A stretch of DNA of 64,000 bases from the NCBI GenBank assembly GCA_038087875.1, contig CM075995.1, forward strand, positions 7,070,001-7,134,000. The letters run 5' to 3'. The translations under genes and the position numbers were made by a program. Source of the stretch: Malacoraja senta. Lineage: Eukaryota. Positions 13,904 through 25,355 of the stretch are shown here, in pieces; position 1 is the stretch's first letter, and the number at the start of each line of letters is the position of its first letter. Under the pieces are notes generated by a model. The model was not told the origin of the DNA. It worked only from the letters and a program-made list of their open reading frames with translations, and did no database searches.

Positions 13904-15362
13904 TCTCTATATAACTACAAGCCATCATCTTGTTTGTGTCTGTGTGTGTCAATCTGGTTAATCCCTATTTTCTTCCAAACGCTAGGCCACAGCCTTCCCA
14001 TTTTCACACGTCCTACACACATTTTTCCCGTGGTGGCAATAAACTTCTTCCCGTCACATTTCCACCTATATTTCTGAAGTTATTGATCCTTGAAATTTTA
14101 AAAAACAGCCCGACAACTCACCCACTTTGGGAAAAAAAACCCGAGTGACATCACAATGGACTCGCAAGGCAGGACGGGACACTCCGGGAGGGAGGGCGCT
14201 CCAATGCTTGCGATGAACGAGGAGTGGCGGCGCTGGGCGCCCGGTGGGGAGGGTGGTGCTGGAGCTGGAGTGGGGGCCGAGTCCGGGGCTTGGGATGGGG
14301 CCATGACCGGGGCCGAGAAAGAAGCCACCGCTGGAACCAAGGACGAGCCTGGGTCCGGTGTCAGGGACGAGCCCGGAGATGAAGTCGGGGCCTGCACTGG
14401 AGCCCAGGCAGTGGCCGAACTGACGGCTGGAGTCTACAGCCAGGGCCGGGCCGAGTACGAGAACCAGGCCGAGTTCCAGGCCCTGGCGCTGCTCTACAAC
14501 CTGGGTAGGTCCTGGGGCAGGGAATGGGAGTGAGGGGAGGAGGATGAGGGAAATGAGGAGGGGGTAGGGAGGGTAGTTGCCACATCCCCCCACTACCCCC
14601 CCTCCCTCCCTCTACCCCCCTCCCTCTCTCTCTACCCCCCTCCCTCCCTGCTCCCCCTCCCTCTCTGCCCCTCCCCCTCCCTTTCTACCCCCCCCTCCCT
14701 CTCTACCCCCCCTCCCTCTCTACCCCCCTCCCTCTCTACCCCCCTCCCCTCCCTCTCTACCCCCCTCCCCTCCCTCTCTACCCCCTCCCTCTCTATCCCC
14801 CCTCCCTCTCTACCCCCTCCCCTCCCTCTCTACCCCCCTCCCTCTACCCCCTCCCCTCCCTCTCTGCCCCTCCCCCTCCCTCTCTACCTCCCTCCCTCTC
14901 TACCCCCCTCCCCTCCCTCTCTACCCTCTACCTCTCTCTCCACCTCCCTCGCCACCCCCTCCCCCTCCCTCTCTACCCCCTCCCTCTCTACCCCCCTCCC
15001 TCTCTACCGCCCTCCTTCTCTACCCCCTCCCCTCCCTCTCTGCCCCCCTCCCTCTCTACCCCCCTCCCTTCCCTCTCTACCCTCTACCTCCCTCTCTACC
15101 TCCCTCGCCACCCCCTCCTCCTCCCTCTCTACCCCCCCTCCCTCTCTACCCCACCTCCCTCTCTACCCCCTCCCTCTCTAGGGATTGAAGAGGGAGGGTG
15201 AAGAGGGGGAGGAGGGAGTGCTGGGGGATGAGGAAAAATGAGCCGCGCCCGCGCAGTTGGGGGGCTATGCGTGAGTGGTGGAATATTGCGTTGGGGGAAC
15301 GGCTCGCGTTGGGGTCTATGCGTGAGCGGTGGAATCATGCGTTGGGGGACCACTTGGTCTAG
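13904..15362 (+). mobile_element. Non-autonomous Helitron
   Basis: 5' TC (TCTCTATATAACTA), 3' CTAG, inserted between A13903 and T15363 with no TSD. Removing it restores the CR1 3' sequence CCCA|TATCCCTCTAAA. Confidence 0.7.
14535..15230. repeat. Polypyrimidine C-rich low-complexity tract (CCCTCTCTACCCCC-type units)
   Basis: Seen directly inside the Helitron. The minus strand is G-run-rich. Confidence 0.9.
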
Positions 15363-15529
15363 TATCCCTCTAAATCTTTCCTATCCATGTACCTGTCCAA
15401 GCAACCTTCCACCATCACCCTCTGCATCCTTCCATGAACCCAATTTTCTATCCAGTCAGTTATCTCTCCTTGGATCCCATAGGATCTAACCTTCCAGAGA
15501 AGCCTATCATGTGGAACCTTGTTGGAGGA

Positions 15530-16477
15530 GGAGCCATTTTGTAGGAACGGCTGCTAACCAGCAGCCGTCCGTTAAATTCACTTTTTTAAAAGTTTTTAGC
15601 TTTTTTATTTCTTTGTTTGTTTGGGGAATTTTGACTTTTAATGTGGGGGGGTAAGGGGGAAACTATTTCTAGGTCCCTACCTGGTCGGTGAGGCAGCTTT
15701 TTCTCCAGGCTGCCCCGTCGACCCGTCCTCGTGGCCTACCAGCGTGCATGGAGCGGCGTTTTCCTGGCGGGGACCGCCCAGCACCTTCAGCTTCGGTGGC
15801 GGCACAGCGCTGGAGCGCTATCGTGGAGCGGAGCGGGCGATGCCTTGCCTGGGTCGCCGCGCTGGATCAACGCGCTGGAGCTCCGGTATGCGGTGACCGC
15901 CGAGATCAACTGCGGGTCTGCGGAGCGACCAGCCGCGGGCGGCGGCGCCGACTTTAACATCGGGAGCCTCGTGGCTCCAACTCGGCGCGGCCCTGTCGGC
16001 TTCAGGTACCATCGACTCCGCTGGGAAACCGTCCGTTCCAGCCGCTGCGAGGACTCTCCCGACGGCCAGGAACATCGGGCCTCCGTAGAGGCAACTGTGG
16101 AGGCCTCATTGGGCCTGACCTTTGGGTGAACTGGGGTTGGGGACTGGACATTGTGCCTTCCCCCACAGTGGTGGTCATTGTGGGGGGATGATTTTTGTGT
16201 GCTGTGTCTGTTGGTCTTTGTTCAAGATGGCGGTCGGAGGGGAGAGTGGACGCTGGCGCGGTTTGGCTGCCGCTGCTCTCTCCTCAAATTGTGTTTCTTA
16301 TTTTCTTTTTGTGCTCTTGAAATTGAATTCTGTCCTTGATTTGTGTATTGTGGTGTTTTTATATTTAATTTACTCCGATTATGTGTTTTGTATTTTTGTG
16401 ATTTTATGCCTAGTGAGGTGTCCTTGGGTGTTAGAAAGGCGCCAGCAAATAAAATGAATTATTATTATTATTATTAT
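15530..16477 (+). mobile_element. ~950-bp non-autonomous GC-rich retroposon with L2-type 3' tail, copy 1
   Basis: 5' hairpin GGAACGGCTGCT-AACC-AGCAGCCGTCC. 3' end GTGTCCTTGGG..GAAAGGCGCC..AATAAA(ATT)n. Second copy inverted at 62636-63588. Confidence 0.75.
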
Positions 16478-17286
16478 GGTAGGGTATACTGATATGTTGG
16501 GTGTAGTTCCATCCATTGCTTTTCTTTGCAAATCCGCCTTACCTTTAGGCCCTCAGTTGTCAAGGCTCAACGGAGCCAAAAATAACGAAAGGCAGAGATA
16601 GAGTGGATGTGGGGAGGAAGTTTCTACTGGTGGGAGAATCTAGGACGAGAGGTCATAGACTCGGAATTAAAGGGCGCTCTTTTAGAAAGGAGGCGAGGAG
16701 GAACTTCTTAACTCATTGCCACAGAGGGCTGTGGAGGCCGTCAGTGGATATTTATAAGGCAGGGATAGACAAATTCTTGATTCGAATGGGTGTCAAGGGT
16801 TATGGGGAGCAGGCAGGGAAATTGGATTAGCAGGCAGAGATCAGACATGGTTAAATGGCGGAGTAGACTCAATGGGACTAAAGGCCTAATTCTACTATAA
16901 CTTGTGAACTTGTCGAGTTCATATCTGGCATCTACTGCAGCAATAATGGGCTGGCATAACTCCGGCCGACGCCTTAGTTGGCACTGTGCGCTTTTGAACT
17001 TTAGTGTTAATCCTCCTCCCAAGCCAGTTACCACGGAAATACCATGATAAACTTCTCAACATACGTCATGACAAAGCCTGGAGGTGCACCGGGCCGGAGG
17101 AGGTAGTTGAGGCTGGGTCTATCCCAATGTATAAGAAACAGTTAGACAGGCACATGGATAGGACAGATTTGGTGGGATATGGGCCAGACGTAGGCAGGTG
17201 GGACTAGTGTAGCCGGGACATGTTGGCCAGTGTGAGCAAGTTGGGCTGAAGGTCCTGTCTCCATGCTGTATGACTCCATGACACTA

Positions 17287-17627
17287 TAGAGACAAAATGC
17301 TGGAGTAACTCGGCGGGTCAGGCAGCATCTCTGGAGGAAAGGAATAGGTGACGTTTCAGGTCGGAACCCTTCTTCAGACTTCACAGAGAGGAGGAGAACG
17401 TACCTTGAGGACATTTTGCAAAGGAGCGGAGAGAATGTGTAGGAAGGAACTGAGATGCCGGTTGACACCAAAGATAGACTCAAAGTGCTGGTGTAACTCA
17501 GCGGGTCAGGCAGCATCTCTGGAGAAAAAGATGCTGTCTGAAGAAGGGTCTCGACCCGAAACGTCACCTATTCCTTCTCCCCAGAGATGCTGCCTGAGCC
17601 GCTGAGTTACACGTGCATCTTGTGTCT
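17287..17627. mobile_element. Penelope-derived foldback repeats with hammerhead-like motifs
   Basis: Opposed copies of the sequence that terminates the GIY-YIG Penelope fragment at 42139-42265. Confidence 0.7.
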
Positions 17628-17694
17628 CTGCTAGATTATGTGATTTTGATATTGGAAATAAACACAATAAACTAGACAAACTGCAAAGGATTGT

Positions 17695-18094
17695 TCAGGT
17701 CAGGTCGGGGGGAGTTCTCCCCTCAACAGATACCATGTGATCCCGTGCTACCTGCTCCATGGTCGGATAGTCGGCGACTAAACCGTCTCCCCCACCTGTT
17801 TCGCCGGGTGAGGAGGGGGCTGTGGACCCCTAGCAGGACCAAAAAGAAGACGGGTCAAAGGGCGGATGAGCTCCTAGCGAGCCAACAGCCATCCACACTT
17901 CAGTAGAAGTTGCGATCACTGTCGTACACGGCGTTGTAAGGAACGATGATAAAGAACACACACCAAAATCCTGTACTTCCAGTGGCGGAAGTCCGCAGGA
18001 ACTGGAGGACAGAGATGTGTGGTGCGTCCGTCACCGTTCCCGTCGGAAACCAGCACCACTGCGTCGATAATTATTTCGATGATGATGATGATCG
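17695..18094 (+). mobile_element. ~400-bp SINE-like retroposon (RTE-type) with (GAT)n tail
   Basis: (GAT)5 tail, flanking near-duplication AAAGGATTGT/AAAGAATTGT, no ORF. The RTE assignment is inferred from the tail type. Confidence 0.55.
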
Positions 18095-18767
18095 AAAGAA
18101 TTGTGAAAATAAAACTCTGTCTTGTATCTGTGAGATAAACCTCCATCTTCAATCAAACTAAAGAACTGGAAGTACTGGAGGAACAGAGATGTGTGGTGCG
18201 TCGTGCGTCGTGACACGTAAATGACGTCGCGTAAATTACGTGCAAATGGCGCCCAAGTGGGACAGGCCCTTAACTCAGTGGGGACAGGCAGCGTCTCTGG
18301 AGAGAAGGAATGGGTGACGTTTTCGGGGCCGAGAACCTTCTTCAGACGCTGAAACGTCACCCATTCCTTCTCTCCAGAGATGCCGCCTGTCCCACTGAGT
18401 TAAGGGCCTGTCCCACTTGGGTGTCATTTTTGTGTCTATCTTCGGTGGAAACCAGCATCTGCACAGTTCCTCCCTACACAGTGGCAAAAGGGAGTGGTGT
18501 GGAAGGAGAGTTTCTGGAATTTTGAGTTCCACCATAAGGCATAGGAAAGCACAGCGCAGGAACGGGCCCTTCGGCCCATAATGACTGTGCTAAACAAGAT
18601 AAACCAAACTCATCTGCCTAAACTCATGGTCCATATCCCTAACTTCCTTGCATGTCCATATGCCTATCTAAAAGCCTTTTAATTAGCACTATTGTATCTA
18701 TCTCCTATCTCTTAGAGAAAATAATACCAGTTTGTCCAACCGCTGCTTGTAGCTAATACCCCCAAAT

Positions 18768-19305
18768 TAGAGTTGCCAACTGTCCCGTATTAGCCGGGAC
18801 ATCCCGTATATTGGGCTAAATTGGTTTGTCCCGTACGGGACCGCCCTTGTCCTGTATTTGACTGCTACTACTCGGGTCGAGGGGACTGTCGGGTCGGAGC
18901 GCCGCGTCCGGCCCCGCCTCACCCGTCCCGACGTAGTGCAGCCCATGGAGTGCAGCAGCAGCAGCAGCGCCTCCTCACCCGTGGCCCCGTCGGTCGGCAG
19001 CCCGGCCAGCTGTCCGACCTTCGGACCTTCGCTTACCGCCAACACCACCACCACCCCTCCTTCTCACGGCCGAACATCGGTTCATGAGTTGGACGGGGTG
19101 CCGGACTTTGAGCGCGACGTCACGCGTCCCGTGCCAAATCTTCTCAGCTGGGCCCGCCGGCTGGGCTTTGTGTGCAGTCCAATCCCCGGGCCAACTCATC
19201 ATTCACCCAGCCACGGCCCAGTCGGTCAACGAATTGCCGTCGGGAATTTGTCTCTTATTTTGACCTTTTGTCCCTTATTTGGGAGTGAGAAAGTTGGCAA
19301 CCCTA
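18768..19305. mobile_element. hAT (Blackjack-like) MITE, copy 3
   Basis: TAGAGTTGCCAAC...GTTGGCAACCCTA, with the same body as copies 1 and 2. Confidence 0.75.
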
Positions 19306-20100
19306 CCATTAATCCAGGCAGCGTCCTGGTAAAAATGCCAGAATTTGTTGTTAAAGAAGGAACTGCAGATGCTGGAAAATCGAAGGTGCACAAAAATGCT
19401 GGAGAAACTCAGCGGGTGCAGCAGCATCTATGGAGGCCAGAATTTGTTACTGGTTTCCAAAAAAACATTTTGGGAAAAGCTGGTTAAAGGGAGATTTTTA
19501 GTTTTGTTTAACGATGCAGCGTGAAAACAGGCCTTTCGGCCCACCGCGTCCGTGCCAAGTTCCATGTTATCCCACATTCGCATCCTGTACATTGGGGGGC
19601 AATTTACACCAAAGCCAATTAACCTACAAACCCTTGACGTCTTTGGAGTGTGGGAGGAAACCGGAGCACCCGGAGAAAACCCACGCAGGTCACGGGGCGA
19701 GCGTACAAACTCCGTACAGACGGAACCCACAGACAGGATCGAACCCGGGTGTCTGCCGCTGTGAGGCAGCAACTCTACCGCTGCGTCACCGTGCCGCCCT
19801 TACAAAAGTAAGTTACAAAATATTGAATAAAATGGACAAAAAAACCCACATTTATCTTCAATGTTCTTGTTCATAAGTGATAGGAGCAGAATTAGGCCAT
19901 TCGGCCCATCAAGTCAACTCTGCCATTCAATCACGGTTGATCTGTCTCTCCCTCCTAACCCCATTCTCCTGCCTTCTCCCCATAACCTCTGACACCCGTA
20001 CTAATCAAGAATCTTTCTATCTCTGCCTTAAAAATATCCACTGACTTGGCCTCCACAGTGTCACGAAAATAATGGAATTTAACAGCAAATACATACAGAA

Positions 20101-20411
20101 AGGCGGCCCGGTGGCGCAGCGGTAGAGTTGCTGCCTTACAGTGCCATGAACCCAGGTTCGATCCTGACTACGGGCGCTGTCTGTACGGAGTTTGCATGTT
20201 CTCCCCGTGACCTGCGTGGCTTTTATCGGAGAACTTCAGTTTCCTCCCACACTCCAAAGACGTACAGGCTTGTAGATTAATTGGCTTGGCATAAATGTAG
20301 AATTGTGTGTAGGGTAGTGTTAGTGTGCGCGGATCGCTGGTCGGCGTGGACCCGTGGGGCCGAAGGGCCTGTTTCCGCACTGTATCTCCAAACTAAACTA
20401 AACTAAACTAA
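20101..20411 (+). mobile_element. V-SINE (HE1-like), near full length
   Basis: A box GGTGGCGCAGCGG, B box GGTTCGATCC, V core and (CTAAA)n tail. Confidence 0.8.
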
Positions 20412-23400
20412 AGATGCTGGAAGTAGCTTTTTCATCCAATGTGCTATGACTATTTGGAATAGTCAAGGACAAATTGATAAAAGCGAAAAAGACTTATTCA
20501 ACTTACAATTGGATAGGACAGTTAATGTGCTGAAGCGTTTGGCATCAGTGGTTTTATCATCCTTAAATATATTATATTGCTATTTTTTCATTACCTATGA
20601 CACCAGCATGAAAATCTTGCAGACAGTTATCGCTGGATGAAATAATAGGTGCCAGCTTAGAAACTTGTTATTGGTACACCCAACCAAAGTAATTTGGCAT
20701 CAAAAGATCGCTCATGTGAACTAACACCAGTTATTAATAGAATTGTGATAGTGTCATAGAGTGATACAGTGTGGAAATAGGCCTTTCAGCCCAACTTGCC
20801 CATGCTCTGGTCCCACGGTCAAATTTGGACCTTTCCAATCCTGCATTTGCCCAAATGACTTGTAAATGTTGTTCACCTTCGGTCCTCGATTCCCCTACTT
20901 GGGGCAAGAAACTGTGCATCTACCCGATCTATTCCTGTCATGATTTTGTACACCTCTATACGGTCAATCCTCATCCTCCTGTGCTCCAAGGAATTGAGTC
21001 CCAGCCTCAACTACCTCCTCTGGCAGCTTGTTCCATACACCCGCCACCCTCTGTGTAAAAAAGTTACCTCTCGGATTCCTATTAAATCTTGTCCCCTTCA
21101 CCTTGAACCCATGTCCTCTGGTCCTCGATTCCCGTACTCTGGGTAAAAGACTCTGTGCGTCTACCCGATCTATTCCTGTCATGATTTGTACACCTCTATA
21201 GGATCACCCCTCATCCTCCTGCGCTCCAAGGAATAGAGACCCAGCCTGCTCAACCTCTCCCTGTAGCTCAGACCCTCAAGACCTGGCAACATCGTTGGAA
21301 ATAGATCAGGTTGACGCACATTGTCTTTCCCAGAATTGGGGAATCAAGGTCCAGAGGATTTTAAGGTGAAGGGGAAAAGATTTAATTGGAATCTGAGGGG
21401 TAACTTTTTCACACAAAGGATGGTGGGTGTACGGAACGAGCTGCCGGAGGAGGTAGTTGAGGCTGGGACTATCCCAACATTCAAGAGACAATTAGACAGG
21501 TACATGGATAGGACAGGTTTGGAGGGATATGGACCAAACGGGGGCAGGTGGGACTGGTGTAGCTGGGACATGTTGGCCGGTGTGGGCGAGTTGGTCCGTA
21601 GGGCCTGTTTCCCTCAATGACCTGCCTCAACTACCTCCTCTCCAAGTCATCATGGATATGATGGTCAGTCACAGAGTCGTAGAGGCATAGGGCACAGAGA
21701 CAGGCCCTTCAGCCCAACTTGCCCGTGCTGGTCAAGAAGCCCCGCCTACCATTGTCCACGTTTGGTCCATGTCCTTCTAAACCTTGGGTAGACACAAAAT
21801 GCTGGAGTAACTCAGCGGGTGAGTTACTCCAGCATTTTGTGTCTACCTTCGATTTTAACCAGCATCTGCAGTTTTTTCTTACACACTCCTTCTAAACCAT
21901 TCCTTTCCATGTACCTGTCCAAATGTCCTATAAATGTTGTGGTGGTACCTGCCTCAACCACCTCCTCTGGCAGCTCGTTCCATACACCCACCACCCTCTG
22001 CTTGAAACTATTGCCCCGCATGTTCCTATTAAATCTTTCCCCTCTCACAAACGTATGCCCCCTGGTTCTTGAATTCTTTACTCTGGATAAAATACTTTGT
22101 GTGTCTACCCAATCTATTTCCACCCAGGTGGCTCCGGACAATGGCTGCTTCGCCAGCGGTCCGTCTCGTCTTTTTCTTTCTTTGTGCTTTTAGTTTGTTG
22201 TAAAATGTATTAGTTTATCTTTGGTTTTGTCTTTGTGGGGAGGTGGGGAGTGGTGGGGGGTGGGTACTTTTTAAAATTTTGTTCCTCGACGGAGATGCAA
22301 CTTTTTCCGTGTTGTTTCTCCGTCTGCACTGTGGCCTAACGTCGTGGAGCTGGCAGGGACTATCTCAACGTTCAAGAGACAATTAGACAGGTACATGGAT
22401 AGGACAGGTTTGGAGGGATATGGGCCAAACGGGAGCAGGTGGGACGGGTGTAGCTGGGACATTGTTGTTCGTTGTGGGCGAGTTGGTCTGTAGGGCCTGT
22501 TTCTACGCTGTGTCACTCAATCACCTGCCTCAACTACCTCCTCTCAAAGTCTGTGGAATTCTCTGCTCAGAGGGCGGTGGAGGCCGGTTCTCTGGATACT
22601 TTCAAGAGAGAGCTAGATAGGGCTCTTAAAAATAGCAATTGTAAAATTGTAAATTGTCCCTAGTGTGTGTGGGATAGTGTTAGTGTGCGGGGATCGCTTG
22701 GTGGGCCGAAGGGCCTGTTTGCATGCTACATCTCTAAACTAAACTACATGTGAATGGGTGATCGATGGTCAGCATGGACTCGGTGGGCCGAAGGGCCTGT
22801 GTCCATGCTGTATCTTTGAATCATTCCACCATCCAAATTAATTTGCAATTTCTCTCCGTAGAATATAAGTGATCTAAGTTTAAGTGAAACCAGTCAAAGC
22901 TACTCATACTTCTTGAATCTAATCTTTATCTCAGCTGTGTAGGAAGAAGACACCTGGGCTTGAACACTCTGGTGTTTAGAAGGATGAGAGGGGATCGTAT
23001 AGAAACATATAAGATTGTTAAGGGTTTGGACACGCTAGAGGCAGGAAACATGTTCCCGATGTTGGGGGAGTCCAGAACCAGGGGCCACAGTTTAAGAATA
23101 AGGAGTAAGCCATTTAGAACGGAGACGAGGAAACACCTTTTCTCACACAGAGAGTTGTGAGTCAGTGGAATTCTCTGCCTCAGAGGGCGGTGGAGACCAC
23201 TTCTCTGGATACTTTCAAGAGAGAGCTAGATAGGGCTCTTAAAGATAACGGAGTCAGGGAATACGGGGAGAAGGCAGGAATGGGGTACTGGTTGGGGATG
23301 ATCACATTGAATGGTGGTGCTGGCTCGAAGGGCCGAATGGCCTACTCCTGCACCTATTGTCTATTGACCCGAAACGTCACCCATTCCTTCTCTCCGGAGA

Positions 23401-23716
23401 TGCTGCCGGTCCCGCTGAGTTACTCCAGCATTCCTTGATCCCTCTGCTTAACAACACTCCCCAGAACTTTGCCGTCCACTGTGAAGGTTCTGTCCTAGTT
23501 TGACTTCCCAAAATGCAGCACCTCCCACTTACCTGCATTCCTCAGTCTAACTGATCAAGATCCTGCTGTAATTTTAGACCATCTTCCAGATTACGTCCAC
23601 ATTATCCTTGCCCACTACATTCTCATCCAACTCATTGATGTGAACCACAAACAGCGATGGGCCCAGCAACAATCTCTGAGGCGCAACACGAGTCACATCA
23701 GTAACTTGGTTGGTAT

Positions 23717-24140
23717 GCTTCTCCGTGGACTGTCACCTTATCGTGGTGGAGAAGCTTGTGTGGTCCTGAGATCCTGAGAGCGATGCCGTCTGGAGCTATG
23801 CTCCTGGTGGGGCCACCCATGGCGGTAAGGTCGAGGGGGAGGTCTCTGACAAAGAGCAATCCAACCAAGACCTCGACGGTGGAACAGGCGGAGGACGATG
23901 GCTGACCTTAGTGGAGCGTCACAACGGCTGGGAAGGCGGATGAAGGCTGCAGCAGAAACGGGTCTCCGGTCGTCTTGGACTCCATGCCACTGGATCCTGA
24001 CCCAGATCTGTCAAGGACCGTGGGGTGGCTGTCTGTGCACCAGTCTCCCCACGTTAAACAAAGTCACGCACAGGCATCCTCCATATAGGGAATAGCACCC
24101 TGGAGACACCCATGGTCAGCCATGACCGAAGGGGCCTAAA
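23717..24140 (+). mobile_element. Complete RTE-clade-derived SINE with perfect 9-bp TSD
   Basis: GGTTGGTAT at 23708-23716 and 24141-24149. The 5' sequence CACCTTATCGTGGTGGAG...CACCCATGGC...GACAAAGAGC resembles RTE (Expander/BovB-type) 5' UTRs, from recollection. Confidence 0.75.
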
Positions 24141-24856
24141 GGTTGGTATTCACCCATTGGGCCAAGGGGCCTGTTTCTGGATTGTGTGACTCGATGTCCA
24201 TGTACACTGTTTACATAACGTTAGTCTTTAGAGATACAGCGCGGAAACATGCCCTTTGGCCCATCTAGCCCGCGTCGACCGGTGATCACCCCGTACGCTA
24301 GCACCATCCCACACACACTAGGGTCAATTTACAATTTACAGAAGCGAATTAATCTGCAAACCTGCACGTCTTTGGAGTGCGGGAGGAAACCGGAGCGCCC
24401 GGAGAAAGCCCACGCAGGTCACGGTGAGAACGTGCAAACTCCGTGCAGGCAGCACCCGTAGTCGGGATGGAACCCAGGACTCCGGCGTTGTGAGCGCTGT
24501 AAGGCAGCAGCTCTACCACTGCGCCACCCTGCCCGCCTGCCCGTACCTCTCATGCGTGGGTACATAACATAGCCTTAAAACGCTGGTCGAAGATTGGACC
24601 AAGGAATTGGCATCAGATGCCACGGAAAACCACAACACGCCGCAGATGCTGGAAATCTGCAATAAATACAGGAAGTGCTGTGGACACAGAGTAAGTGAGG
24701 TGGAGCAACACAGGCAAGCATTTACAGTATAGAATGACCGAGTCATAGAGTGATACAGCGTGGAAACAGGCCCCTCAGCCCAACCTGCCCACACCGGCCA
24801 ACATGTCCCAGCTACACTAGTCCCACCTGTCTGCGTTTGGCCCATGTCCCTCCCTT

Positions 24857-25355
24857 GCTTTTGAGGGAGTGCAGCGTAGGTTTACAAGGTTAATTCCCAG
24901 GATGGCGGGACTGTCATATGCTGAGAGAATGGAGCAGCTGGGCTTGTACACTCTGGAGTTTAGAAGGATGAGGGGCGATCTTATTGAAACATATAAGATT
25001 ATTCAGGGCTTGCTCACGCTCGAGGCAGGAAACATGTTCCCGATGTTGGGGGAGTCCAGAACCAGGGGCCACAGTTTAAGAATAAGGGGTACGTCATTTA
25101 GAACGGAGATGAGGAAACACTTGTTCACACAGAGAGTTGTGAGTCTGGGGAATTCTCTGCCTCGGAAGGCAGTGGAGCCCAATTCTCTGGTAGCTTTCAA
25201 GAGAGAGTTAGCGAGAGCTCTTAAAGATAGCGGAGTCAAGGAATATGGGGAGAAGGCAGGAACGGGTTACTGATTGTGGATGATCAGTGATTGGTGGTGC
25301 TGGCTCGAAGGGTCGAATGGCCTACTCCTGCACCTTTTGTCTATTGGCTATTGTC
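24857..25355 (+). mobile_element. CR1 3' fragment
   Basis: ORF 24869-25273 matches the CR1 ORF2 C-terminus and is followed by the 3' UTR. Confidence 0.85.

Noticed and set aside
14577..15188. Proline-rich 203-aa ORF
   Set aside because: Product of the C-rich low-complexity tract.
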